A program made the position numbers and the translations under genes. Under the pieces are notes generated by a model. That model ran no database searches, had not been told where the DNA came from, and was given only the letters and a program-made list of their open reading frames with translations. A stretch of DNA of 32,000 nt from Horticoccus luteus (GTDB taxonomy: Bacteria > Verrucomicrobiota > Verrucomicrobiia > Opitutales > Opitutaceae). Location: positions 1,290,001 through 1,322,000 of the forward strand of contig NZ_CP080507.1 of NCBI RefSeq assembly GCF_019464535.1, written 5' to 3'. Positions within the stretch are counted from its first letter, which is position 1. Each line of letters starts with the position of its first letter. Below are positions 8,415-16,377 of the stretch, piece by piece.

Positions 8415-9218
8415 ATGTCGCGTATTGCTGAAACATTTGCCCGGGTGAAGGCGCAGAACCGCGCCGCGTTTGTCGCTTACTTGTGCGCGGGCGATCCTGA
8501 TTTTGAGACGTCGCTGGAGGCGTGCCGGGCGGTGTTGCGCAACGGGGTGGATTTGCTGGAGCTGGGCGTGCCGTTTTCCGATCCGCTGGCGGACGGGTTG
8601 ACCAATCAACTGGCGGCGCAGCGGGCGCTCGCTGCGGGCATGAACCGGGCGAAGGTGTTTGAGCTTGTGCGGCGGTTGCGGGCGGAATTCGCCGCGGTGC
8701 CGATCGTGTTTTACACGTATTACAACCTGGTGTTCGCAAATGGCGTGGACGACTACGTGCGCGAGGCGAAAGCGGCGGGCTTGGACGGACTGCTGACGCT
8801 GGATCTGCCACCGGAAGAAGCGGGCGAGTTAAGTGCGGCCTGTCGCGCGCATGGGCTCGAAACGGTTTTCATCGTGGCGCCGACCACGCCGGAAACGCGG
8901 CTGCCGGTCATCGCGGCGGCGGCGACGGGCTTTATTTACTATGTGTCGCGCGAGGGTGTCACCGGGGTGCGCACGGAAGCGGCGCAAGGCATTCCGGAGG
9001 CGATGGCGCGGATCAAGGCGGCGACGAAGCTGCCGGTGGTGGTGGGGTTTGGCATTTCGACACGGGCGCAGGTGGCGCAAGTGGCGGCGCAGGCGGATGG
9101 CGTGGTGGTGGGAAGTGCGCTGGTGAATGTGATCCGCGATCATGTGAACGCGCGCGAGCAGATCGCGGCGCGGATAGGTGCCGTCGCAGCGGAGCTTTCG
9201 GCGGGGACGCAGCGCTGA
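8415..9218 (+). CDS. trpA: Tryptophan synthase alpha subunit
   Basis: 267 aa. N-terminal FVAYLCAGDP, LELGVPFSDPLADG, YYVSREGVTG and VGFGIS blocks are typical of TrpA. Confidence 0.95.
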   Translation: MSRIAETFARVKAQNRAAFVAYLCAGDPDFETSLEACRAVLRNGVDLLELGVPFSDPLADGLTNQLAAQRALAAGMNRAKVFELVRRLRAEFAAVPIVFYTYYNLVFANGVDDYVREAKAAGLDGLLTLDLPPEEAGELSAACRAHGLETVFIVAPTTPETRLPVIAAAATGFIYYVSREGVTGVRTEAAQGIPEAMARIKAATKLPVVVGFGISTRAQVAQVAAQADGVVVGSALVNVIRDHVNAREQIAARIGAVAAELSAGTQR

Positions 9219-9232
9219 GGTGTCCCTGCTCC

Positions 9233-9314
9233 GCGATGCGGGGTGAGGGCGCCCCGACCACAGAACGTGCTATGCGATGCGGGGTCAGTGCAGCCCGACC
9301 ACAGAATGCGGATG
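9233..9314. repeat. Two tandem 41-bp direct repeat units (33-nt conserved core)
   Basis: Core in unit A (9233-9265) is gcgatgcggggtgagggcgccccgaccacagaa. Core in unit B (9274-9306) is gcgatgcggggtcagtgcagcccgaccacagaa. That is 29/33 identical by hand alignment. Degenerate atgcgg seeds continue to about 9345. Confidence 0.65.
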
Positions 9315-9386
9315 CAATGCGGTCGGCGCACTCGGCCGATGTGCGGCCTTGCGGTCGACGGGCGAAAAATTCACTGATTGCGCCAT

Positions 9387-10325
9387 ATGGCGACGATTCT
9401 AGTCACGGGCGCGGCGGGTTTTATTGGGAGCCATACGACGGACCAATTGCTCGCGGCCGGACATAAGGTCGTCGGCGTGGACAATTTTCGGACCGGGAAG
9501 GCGGCGAATCTGGCGGAGGCGCTGCGGTCGGGGGCGTTTCAATTCGTGGAGGCGGACGTGGCGGCGGCGGGGGTGCTCGACGCGGTCGTGGAGGAAGCGC
9601 GGCCGGAGGCCATCATCCATCTCGCGGCGCTGGTGAGCGTGCAGGAAAGCATCGCGGATCCGGCGCTGAATTTTTCGCTCAACGTTCTGGCGACGCAGCT
9701 CGTGGGCGAGGCGGCGCGGCGACATGGAGTGAAACGCGTGGTGTTTGCATCGTCCGCCGCGGTGTATGGCGATGCGACGACGTTGCCATTGCGCGAGGAC
9801 GCGGAGAAGCGGCCGATCAGTCCGTATGGGGCGGCGAAGCTTGCGTCGGAGGCATTGCTGCTCGGGCATGCGGCGAGTTACGGGTTCACGGCGCGTTGCC
9901 ACCGGTATTTCAATGTCTTCGGTCCGCGGCAGGATCCGGCGTCGCCGTATTCGGGGGTGATTTCGATTTTCGACCGGCGGTTTCGCGAAGGCGCAGCGGT
10001 GACGATTTTCGGCGATGGGCAACAGACGCGGGATTTTATTTCGGTGCACGACGTGGCGCGGGCGAATGTGCGGGCGGCGACGCGGGCGGGGCTGGCCTCG
10101 GGCGTGGTCAACATTTGCACGGGGCGGGCGACGTCGCTGCTCGATGTGGCGCGGGTGTTCGCGGCGCATTATCCGCAAGCGGGGGCGCCGCGGCATGAAC
10201 CGGCGCGAGCGGGAGATATCGTGCATTCGCTCGGCGAGGCGACGCGGGCGGCGGCGGAAATGGATTTTCGCGCGGACGTGCCGGTGGCGGATGGCTTGGC
10301 GGAGTTGATTCGCAGGGGCGCGTGA
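9387..10325 (+). CDS. NAD-dependent epimerase/dehydratase (UDP-sugar 4-epimerase-like SDR)
   Basis: Rossmann motif VTGAAGFIGSH and catalytic YxxxK (SPYGAAKLASE). ATG at 9387 preferred over the TTG at 9378. Confidence 0.9.
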   Translation: MATILVTGAAGFIGSHTTDQLLAAGHKVVGVDNFRTGKAANLAEALRSGAFQFVEADVAAAGVLDAVVEEARPEAIIHLAALVSVQESIADPALNFSLNVLATQLVGEAARRHGVKRVVFASSAAVYGDATTLPLREDAEKRPISPYGAAKLASEALLLGHAASYGFTARCHRYFNVFGPRQDPASPYSGVISIFDRRFREGAAVTIFGDGQQTRDFISVHDVARANVRAATRAGLASGVVNICTGRATSLLDVARVFAAHYPQAGAPRHEPARAGDIVHSLGEATRAAAEMDFRADVPVADGLAELIRRGA

Positions 10326-10328
10326 GCG

Positions 10329-11237
10329 ATGACCGAGGCGCGCAAGGTTTTGTTGATCGATGACGACCGCTTGCAGTGGCGGATCGTCGAGCAGCAATTG
10401 CGGGCGGTGGACCGCGCGGGTTTTGTCCTGACGTGCGCGGGCACGTATGAGGAAGGGTTGAAAAAGCTGACGTCGAACGGCTTCGCGGCGTGTTTGCTGG
10501 ACTACCAGTTGGGTGAGCGTGACGGGTTGCAGCTTTTGCGCGAGGCGGTGGCCGCGGAGTGTCGCACGCCGATCATTTTTCTGACGGCGGAGTCGTCGTC
10601 GGCGGTGGATATCGAGGCGATGAACGCGGGTGCGCTGGATTATTTAGAGAAACGCGAGCTGACGCCGCGCGCGCTGGGGCGGGCGTTGCGTTATGCGTTG
10701 AAGGTGGGTGAGACGATGGAGGCGCTGCGCCGGCTGGCGACGCGGGACGAGTTGACGGGTTTGCTGAACCGGCGGGAGTTCACGCGGGTGGTGCGCGAAG
10801 AAGAGGAGCGGGCGCGGCGGTTTGACCGGTCGTTCGGACTCGTGCTGATCGACATCGACCACTTCAAGGCGGTGAACGATACGCACGGGCACGCGGCGGG
10901 CGATGCGGTGTTGCGGGAGGTGGCGCGGCGCATCCGGGAGCGGGTGCGAGCGGTGGATCGCTGCGCGCGGATCGGCGGCGAGGAACTGGCGGTGTTGCTG
11001 CCGGAGACCGATGTGGCGGGCACGCTCGCGGCGGCGGAAGATTTGCTCGCGGCGGTGGCGGCGGCACCCTTCGAGGTCACGGGCGGGATCAGGATTGAAC
11101 TGACGGTGAGCGCGGGGGCGGCGTCGCTGCCGGTGCACGCGAGCGAAACGGGTCCCTTGATGGAGGCGGCGGATCGGGCGCTTTACCGGGCCAAGCGGGC
11201 GGGGCGGGCGCGCGCCATGCTGGCGGAGCACGCGTGA
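10329..11237 (+). CDS. Response regulator with GGDEF (diguanylate cyclase) output domain, GGEEL variant
   Basis: REC domain with acidic pocket DDD, phospho-acceptor in CLLDYQL, T in FLTAES and K in DYLEK. GGDEF domain with DELTGLLNRREF, IDIDHFKAVND, an I-site-like RAVD five residues before GGEEL (nt 10974-10988). Starts 3 nt after the epimerase stop. Confidence 0.9.
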   Translation: MTEARKVLLIDDDRLQWRIVEQQLRAVDRAGFVLTCAGTYEEGLKKLTSNGFAACLLDYQLGERDGLQLLREAVAAECRTPIIFLTAESSSAVDIEAMNAGALDYLEKRELTPRALGRALRYALKVGETMEALRRLATRDELTGLLNRREFTRVVREEEERARRFDRSFGLVLIDIDHFKAVNDTHGHAAGDAVLREVARRIRERVRAVDRCARIGGEELAVLLPETDVAGTLAAAEDLLAAVAAAPFEVTGGIRIELTVSAGAASLPVHASETGPLMEAADRALYRAKRAGRARAMLAEHA

Positions 11238-12151
11238 ACGCGGGCGGCCGAGGGACGTTGCGGGTGCTGACGGGCTGCACGGCGGTCGGCAAGACGGAGC
11301 TGGCGCTCGCGTGGGCGGAGCGGGCGGGGGCGGAAATCGTGTCGTGCGACTCGTTGTTGTTTTACCGCGGGTTGGACATTGGCACGGCGAAGCCGACGGC
11401 CGCAGAGCGGGCGCGGGTGCCGCATCATTTGATCGACGTTTGCGAGGTGGCGGAGCAGATGAACGTGAGCCGTTACGTGACGCTGGCGCGGGCGGCGGTG
11501 GAGGAGATTGAGCGGCGCGGGAAACGCGTGCTGGTGACAGGCGGCAGCGGATTTTATCTCAAGGCGTTTTTCTCGGCGGTGAACGACGACGTGGCGGTGC
11601 CGTCGGAAATTCGGGAGCGGGTGGCAACAATGACCGAGGCGGAGGCGCAAGACGCGCTGCGGCGGCTGAATCCGGCGGGGCTCGGTGGGCTGGACGTGGC
11701 GAATCCGCGGCGCGTCGCGCGAGCGCTGGAGCGCTGTCTGGCGACCGGGCGGACGGTCGCGGAGTTGGCGGCGGCCTTTCGGGCGCAGCCGGGGCCGTTT
11801 GCGCCGTGGCGGGTGGAGCTCGTGCAACTCACGCGCGAACCGGCGGACTTGGAAGCGCGGATCGCGCGGCGAGTGGAGGCGATGCTCGCGGCGGGGCTGG
11901 TGGCGGAAGTGCGGGCATTGCGAGCCAAAGGTCTCGAGCAGAACGCGAGCGCCGCGCGGGCGATCGGTTATCGCGAGACGTTGGATTATTTGGAGAGCGA
12001 GAAACCGGATGAGCGAGTGCTGGCGGAGGCGGTGGCCAAAAATACGCGCGCGCTGGTGAAAAAGCAGCGCACTTGGTTTCGCACGCAGTTGCCGGCACAT
12101 CGCGCGGTGCGCGCAGATGAAGCGAGAGTCGAGACGTTGTTCGACGAATAA
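11234..12151 (+). CDS. miaA: tRNA dimethylallyltransferase
   Basis: P-loop GCTAVGKTELAL, SCDSLLFYRGLDIGTAKPT, HHLIDV and a GYRE-type block. The GTG start overlaps the upstream TGA stop (GTGA, 11234-11237). Confidence 0.93.
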   Translation: MNAGGRGTLRVLTGCTAVGKTELALAWAERAGAEIVSCDSLLFYRGLDIGTAKPTAAERARVPHHLIDVCEVAEQMNVSRYVTLARAAVEEIERRGKRVLVTGGSGFYLKAFFSAVNDDVAVPSEIRERVATMTEAEAQDALRRLNPAGLGGLDVANPRRVARALERCLATGRTVAELAAAFRAQPGPFAPWRVELVQLTREPADLEARIARRVEAMLAAGLVAEVRALRAKGLEQNASAARAIGYRETLDYLESEKPDERVLAEAVAKNTRALVKKQRTWFRTQLPAHRAVRADEARVETLFDE

Positions 12152-12159
12152 GGGGCGGG

Positions 12160-12178
12160 CGTGACGATGAGCGTCACG
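12160..12178. terminator. Hairpin between convergent miaA and membrane-protein genes (weak terminator candidate)
   Basis: cgtgacg-atgag-cgtcacg is a perfect 7-bp stem. It lies in the 54-nt convergent gap. No U-tract. Confidence 0.25.
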
Positions 12179-12205
12179 GACGAGGAGATGCGCCCGCGGT
12201 GCCGG

Positions 12206-12784
12206 CTACGTTTTCAGGCGGCGGTAGAGAATGACGTGCGTGGCGAGGAGGAGCGGAACCAGGAAAGTGGGCAGGAGGCTGAGCGGGAGGAGCGTCAGGG
12301 CGCGCATGCTGGCGGGCTGGGCGTGGCTCAGACGGGCCGCGGTGACGACGACAAGCACCAGGTCGACGAGGCCGAGGGTGTTCCAAATCGCGAGCGCGCG
12401 GTCGCGGCGGGCGGGCGCAAGCGGCATGACCAGCAGTAAGAGCGCGGCGGCGGCGACGACAATATCGCCGATGCCGGCCGGGACGGCGAAGGCGTAGGGC
12501 AGCATTCCACGAGCGTGGAGAAAGAGCAGATAAACGCCGACGAAACGCACGAGGTGCAGCGCGACGAGCGTGCGGACGTCGGTCGCATCGAGGAGCGCGC
12601 GCGCCGCGGGCACGCGTTGCGCAACGAGGAGCGTGAGAGCGGTGAGCACGGCGATCAGGACGGGCACGCCGAAGTCGGGGAGGCGCGCAACGAAGCCGAG
12701 GGCGCCGGCGAGAAGCGCGGCGAGAAACCAAACCCAGAGGGCCAGGCGCAGGCCGACGCGGGAAAGACTGGAATCGGAGCTCAC
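12206..12784 (-). CDS. Integral membrane protein (about 6 TM), function unknown
   Basis: 192 aa with a GTG start at 12784, 10 nt after the TolC-like stop. Almost entirely hydrophobic helices. No recognisable motif. Confidence 0.7.
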   Translation of the reverse strand: MSSDSSLSRVGLRLALWVWFLAALLAGALGFVARLPDFGVPVLIAVLTALTLLVAQRVPAARALLDATDVRTLVALHLVRFVGVYLLFLHARGMLPYAFAVPAGIGDIVVAAAALLLLVMPLAPARRDRALAIWNTLGLVDLVLVVVTAARLSHAQPASMRALTLLPLSLLPTFLVPLLLATHVILYRRLKT

Positions 12785-12794
12785 CCGGACGGTC

Positions 12795-14300
12795 TTAGTC
12801 GGCGAGCGAAATGTTATAGGTGTCGAGCGAGCTGCCTTCGAGACGGTGGAGCTCGGCGACGGCGGCGCGAAGGTTGACCTTGGCCTGGAGCTCGTTGACG
12901 CGGGCGTTTTCCAAATCGTTTTGCGCCTGCAGGACGTCGCGGCTGGTGGCGAGGCCGGCGTCGAAGCGGGCTTTCTGCAGATCGTATTGGCGTTGGGCGA
13001 GCTCGGTGCCTTGCGCGGAGATCTGGACGCTTTGGAGGTTGGTATCGACGGCGCGGACGTCGCTGCGCACCTGGACGAGGAGACTTTGCTCCAATTGCTG
13101 GAGGCGGGCCTGGTATTCGTGCAGCGTGTTCAGGGAAGTGCGGTAACGGGCACGGTCGCCGCGGAGGCCCCACGGCACGCTGACGGAGAGACCAAGCTGC
13201 CAGTTGTAGCGGTCGGTGCTGGCGAGCCGGTCGTAGGTGCTGCCGAACGAGCGATCGCTGCCGTTGAGGCCGAGGGCGCCATCGACGTTGAGGGTCGGGA
13301 GCCGGCCGTTCTGGGCGACCTTCACGTCGAGTTCGAGCTGCTTGATGGTGTTTTCGGTGGCGACGTAATCGGGCTGGTTGAGCTTCGCGAGGCGGAAGGA
13401 TTCCTCGGTCGAGGGCACGCTGTCGTGGGCGTCGGTAAAACTGACGGCGCCAAGGTCGGTGCCGAATTCGAACTGGCCGATGAGGGCGAGGAGGGCGTCC
13501 TGGCCGTTGCGCTCTTGTTGCTGCGCGAGGACGACGTTGTTTTGCGCGGTGGCGACGCCGACGCGCGCGGTCATGACATCGAGGTCGGTGGCGACGCCGG
13601 TGTTGCGCTTGGCGGTGTTTTCATCGAGGAGGGTTTGCGCGAGCTGCAGCGAGAAGCGGCGGACGGCGAGCTGTTCGCGGGCGAAGGCGAGATTGTAATA
13701 GGCGACCTCGGTATCGCGGACGACTTGGAGGACGCTGCCTTTGTAATCGAGTTTGGCGATGGTGACACCGAGTTTGGCGCGCTCGATGTTGGCGCGGTTG
13801 ACGCCGATGCCGGCGCCGCGCAAGAGCGGTTGGGTGACGGCGATGGAGACATCGCTGTTGTAGGCCGGGTTGAGCGAGGAGAACGCGGGGTTGTTGGACG
13901 AGCGATCGAGGTTGGATGTGACGTCGACCGTGGCGCCGGTGACCACGCGTTGGGAAACGCCGATGCGGGAGTTCGTCGCATCGAGATTGCCGGAGGCGCC
14001 GGGGCGCGAGCCGGTGATGGGATCCTCGACGTGCGAGCGCGCGATGCTGGCGTTGAACGTGGGGTCGAAATCGCTGCCGGCGATGATCAGCGATTCGCGG
14101 GCGTTGGCGGTGGAAAAGGTCTGGATGCGCAGGCTGAAGTTTTTTTGCAGCGCGCGGGCGATACACTCCTGCAGCGTCAGGGCCGGGCCGGAAGGGGCGG
14201 CGATGGAGGCCGGGTCGGGCGCTTCGGCCGCACCGAGAAACACGGGCGCGACGGCGAAAGCGACAGCGAGCAGGGAGGCGCGGGAAAGGGAGCGAATCAT
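12795..14300 (-). CDS. TolC-family outer membrane efflux/secretion protein
   Basis: Start at ATG 14300 gives a classical signal peptide MIRSLSRASLLAVAFAVAPVFLGAAEA. Alternative ATG at 14345. The track ORF to 14486 has an implausible Arg/Pro-rich extension. Two tandem TolC-type repeat halves with coiled-coil segments (LTLQECIARALQKN..., ...LQAQNDLENARVNELQAKVNLR). Confidence 0.85.
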   Translation of the reverse strand: MIRSLSRASLLAVAFAVAPVFLGAAEAPDPASIAAPSGPALTLQECIARALQKNFSLRIQTFSTANARESLIIAGSDFDPTFNASIARSHVEDPITGSRPGASGNLDATNSRIGVSQRVVTGATVDVTSNLDRSSNNPAFSSLNPAYNSDVSIAVTQPLLRGAGIGVNRANIERAKLGVTIAKLDYKGSVLQVVRDTEVAYYNLAFAREQLAVRRFSLQLAQTLLDENTAKRNTGVATDLDVMTARVGVATAQNNVVLAQQQERNGQDALLALIGQFEFGTDLGAVSFTDAHDSVPSTEESFRLAKLNQPDYVATENTIKQLELDVKVAQNGRLPTLNVDGALGLNGSDRSFGSTYDRLASTDRYNWQLGLSVSVPWGLRGDRARYRTSLNTLHEYQARLQQLEQSLLVQVRSDVRAVDTNLQSVQISAQGTELAQRQYDLQKARFDAGLATSRDVLQAQNDLENARVNELQAKVNLRAAVAELHRLEGSSLDTYNISLAD

Positions 14301-14536
14301 GGAGCGGGAGAGGAGGTGACGGAGGAGAACACGGCGCCGGGACATAAAGTTACGAGAAAAGCAACGTGATCCACGGCGCGCACGCAGTGGCGATGGAGAC
14401 GAGAACCAACAGCGAAGGTTTCCACGCGGGCCGGAAATGTCATGCGGAGGCAGAATTTCTCGGGCGGCCGGTGGGGGCGAGCGCAACGTGGCAGGCGGTT
14501 GACGCGCGAGGATGAGCGGTCAGGCCGCGCGGGACA

Positions 14537-16201
14537 TCACTGGGCCTTCGGCGCGGTGCGGGCGAGTTCGCGTTCGACGACTTCGTCGAGAAACGCGCTG
14601 GCATCGAAGCCGGAGTTGGCCTGGGCGATTTGCTCGCGGGCGGCCGTGAAGGCAGGAGAATTCTCGGCGAGATCGGGCACTTGTTTGTCGACGACGTAAA
14701 CGAGCGTGGCTTTGTCGCCATTAACGGAGACATCGGACAACTGGCCTTTGGAGAGGCGGTCGAGCGACATCAGCACGGAATAGTCGAGGTCCGAAGGGCG
14801 GTCGCGGAGGGTGAAAGGCGCCAGTTGCTTGGTCTCGACTTTGAGCGCGCTCGAGCTGGCGGCGACGGCTTTTTCGAACGTATCACCGGCCTTGAGGCGG
14901 GCGGCGACGGCGCTCTGCAGGGCGCGGCCGAGCTGGGCGAAGCGCTGACGTTTTTCGTTTTCGACGTAATCGGCCGTGACCTTGGCCCGGACTTCAGCGA
15001 GCTGCGGTTGGCGGGTGGGTTGCGTCTCGTGATAGAACAACACGACTGCGCCTTCAGGCACGGCGAGGGCATCCGTGAACCAGCGATCGGTGTTCAGTTT
15101 GAAGGCGGCGTCGGCGATGTCGGGCGAACCGCCGAGCTCGGCGGGGCCGGCGTCGTGGGTAAAGGGCGCGAGCGGGCGGACGACGAGTTTGTGGGCCGAG
15201 ACGAGGCTGGCGAGCGCCGGGCTGTCGGCGGCGACATGGCCTTCGTAGAGGGCGAGAGAGAAATCCGAGGCGGCTTTGAGGGCGAGCTTGCGAGCGCGTT
15301 CGGCTTTGAGCGCGGTCTCGACCTGGGGACGGACGAGTTCGAAGTCGGCGGCTTCGGCGGGTTTTGTCGCGGCGGGATTCTTCGCGTCGCCAGCGGGTTT
15401 TTGGAAGCGGCCGGGATATTGGTTGAAGTAGGCTTTGGCGTCGGCGTCGGTGATGTTGACCGCGCCAAGGTAAGCGGAGCTGGGGAACTGGATGTAGGAG
15501 GCCACAACGCGGGGCGGAATTTCGTAGCGGGCGCTGTTGTCGGCGAAATATTTGGCGAGTTCGGCGTCGGTCGGCGTGATGGTGGGATTGAAGTTCTTAA
15601 AATCCGCGGTGGCGACGGCCAGAGTCCATTTCGAGTCGGCGCGGGCCAGTTGGTCACGCACATCGCTGGCGAGGAGATAACCGGGGCCGGCGAGGAGTTT
15701 TTGGAGTTTCTGGACGCGGACGTCGTCGCCGACGATGCGCGCGACATCGGCTTCGGAGAGGTTGGGATTGGTCTTCAGCGAATCGCGGAAGCGGGCGTAA
15801 CGTTGGGCGTCGAATTCGCCGTCCTGGCCCGAGAAAGCGCGGAGAGTCTTGATGTGTTCGGCGACTTCGGCCGAGGTGCTGGCGGGGAGGTGAAAGCGGT
15901 CGGCGAGGTTGAGCGCGGCGTAGCGGGTGAGGGCGTATTGCTGCATTTGCGCGCCTTCGAGGGCGGGACCGCCGGCCTGGAGATAAACGCTGAGCTGGGC
16001 GTCACCCATGAGGCGCGCCTGGTCGGACGGGGAGCCGAGGTTTAACCCAAAAAATTCCTGCCGCGCATAGTGACGGTCGGCGCCGCCGATGCCGGAAGAG
16101 GGCGTGAAGATGACGATAAGCGGAATCGCCATCGCCGCCAGAATGAGCAGGAAAACAATTTTGAAGTGCCGTTGAAACGTCCTCTGAATCCAGGAAATCA
16201 T
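14537..16201 (-). CDS. PpiD/SurA-like periplasmic chaperone, N-terminally membrane-anchored; no obvious parvulin core
   Basis: 554 aa. N-terminus MISWIQRTFQRHFKIVFLLILAAMAIPLIVIF mirrors the PpiD anchor. SurA-N-like helical region. I could not recognise a canonical parvulin PPIase signature. Confidence 0.75.
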   Translation of the reverse strand: MISWIQRTFQRHFKIVFLLILAAMAIPLIVIFTPSSGIGGADRHYARQEFFGLNLGSPSDQARLMGDAQLSVYLQAGGPALEGAQMQQYALTRYAALNLADRFHLPASTSAEVAEHIKTLRAFSGQDGEFDAQRYARFRDSLKTNPNLSEADVARIVGDDVRVQKLQKLLAGPGYLLASDVRDQLARADSKWTLAVATADFKNFNPTITPTDAELAKYFADNSARYEIPPRVVASYIQFPSSAYLGAVNITDADAKAYFNQYPGRFQKPAGDAKNPAATKPAEAADFELVRPQVETALKAERARKLALKAASDFSLALYEGHVAADSPALASLVSAHKLVVRPLAPFTHDAGPAELGGSPDIADAAFKLNTDRWFTDALAVPEGAVVLFYHETQPTRQPQLAEVRAKVTADYVENEKRQRFAQLGRALQSAVAARLKAGDTFEKAVAASSSALKVETKQLAPFTLRDRPSDLDYSVLMSLDRLSKGQLSDVSVNGDKATLVYVVDKQVPDLAENSPAFTAAREQIAQANSGFDASAFLDEVVERELARTAPKAQ

Positions 16202-16377
16202 GGGAGAAAACCGGGCACGCTAGGTCACTCACCGGGGGTGGCAAGGGAGAATTCGGACCGCGCGATCAGGGGGAAGAAGACGAGCGGCGTGAGGGGGCGG
16301 TCGGCAGGATGCGGCTCGCGGTGGCGCGGGCTGAGACTGCGGGCGGTGGGCTGCTCCGTCTCTGAAGGCGGGCCAGA

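Noticed and set aside
7798-8811. 337-aa minus-strand ORF spanning the EEP gene, the intergenic tract and the trpA 5' end
   Set aside because: It crosses two well-supported plus-strand genes and an intergenic region. Its Pro/Arg/Ala-rich translation indicates a spurious open frame.
9233-9345. Possible CRISPR array
   Set aside because: There are only two clear repeat units, directly abutting with no unique spacers. No cas genes are in the window.
9236-9466. 76-aa plus-strand ORF covering the tandem repeat and running into the epimerase gene
   Set aside because: It overlaps the well-supported epimerase start out of frame. Its sequence derives from the repeat and it has no coding-like features.
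10974-10988. Declaring the GGEEL diguanylate cyclase inactive
   Set aside because: The two Gly and two acidic residues essential for catalysis are present and the rest of the domain looks intact. A Phe-to-Leu change alone is not sufficient to infer loss of activity.
9399-12100. Minus-strand ORFs of 332 aa (9399..10397) and 305 aa (11183..12100)
   Set aside because: They are Arg/Pro/His-rich antisense frames opposite the epimerase and miaA.
12570-16045. 599-aa (12570..14369) and 471-aa (14630..16045) plus-strand ORFs
   Set aside because: They are antisense to the TolC-like and PpiD-like genes and have the same Gly/Glu/Ala/Val/Asp-rich mirror composition. There is no independent support.
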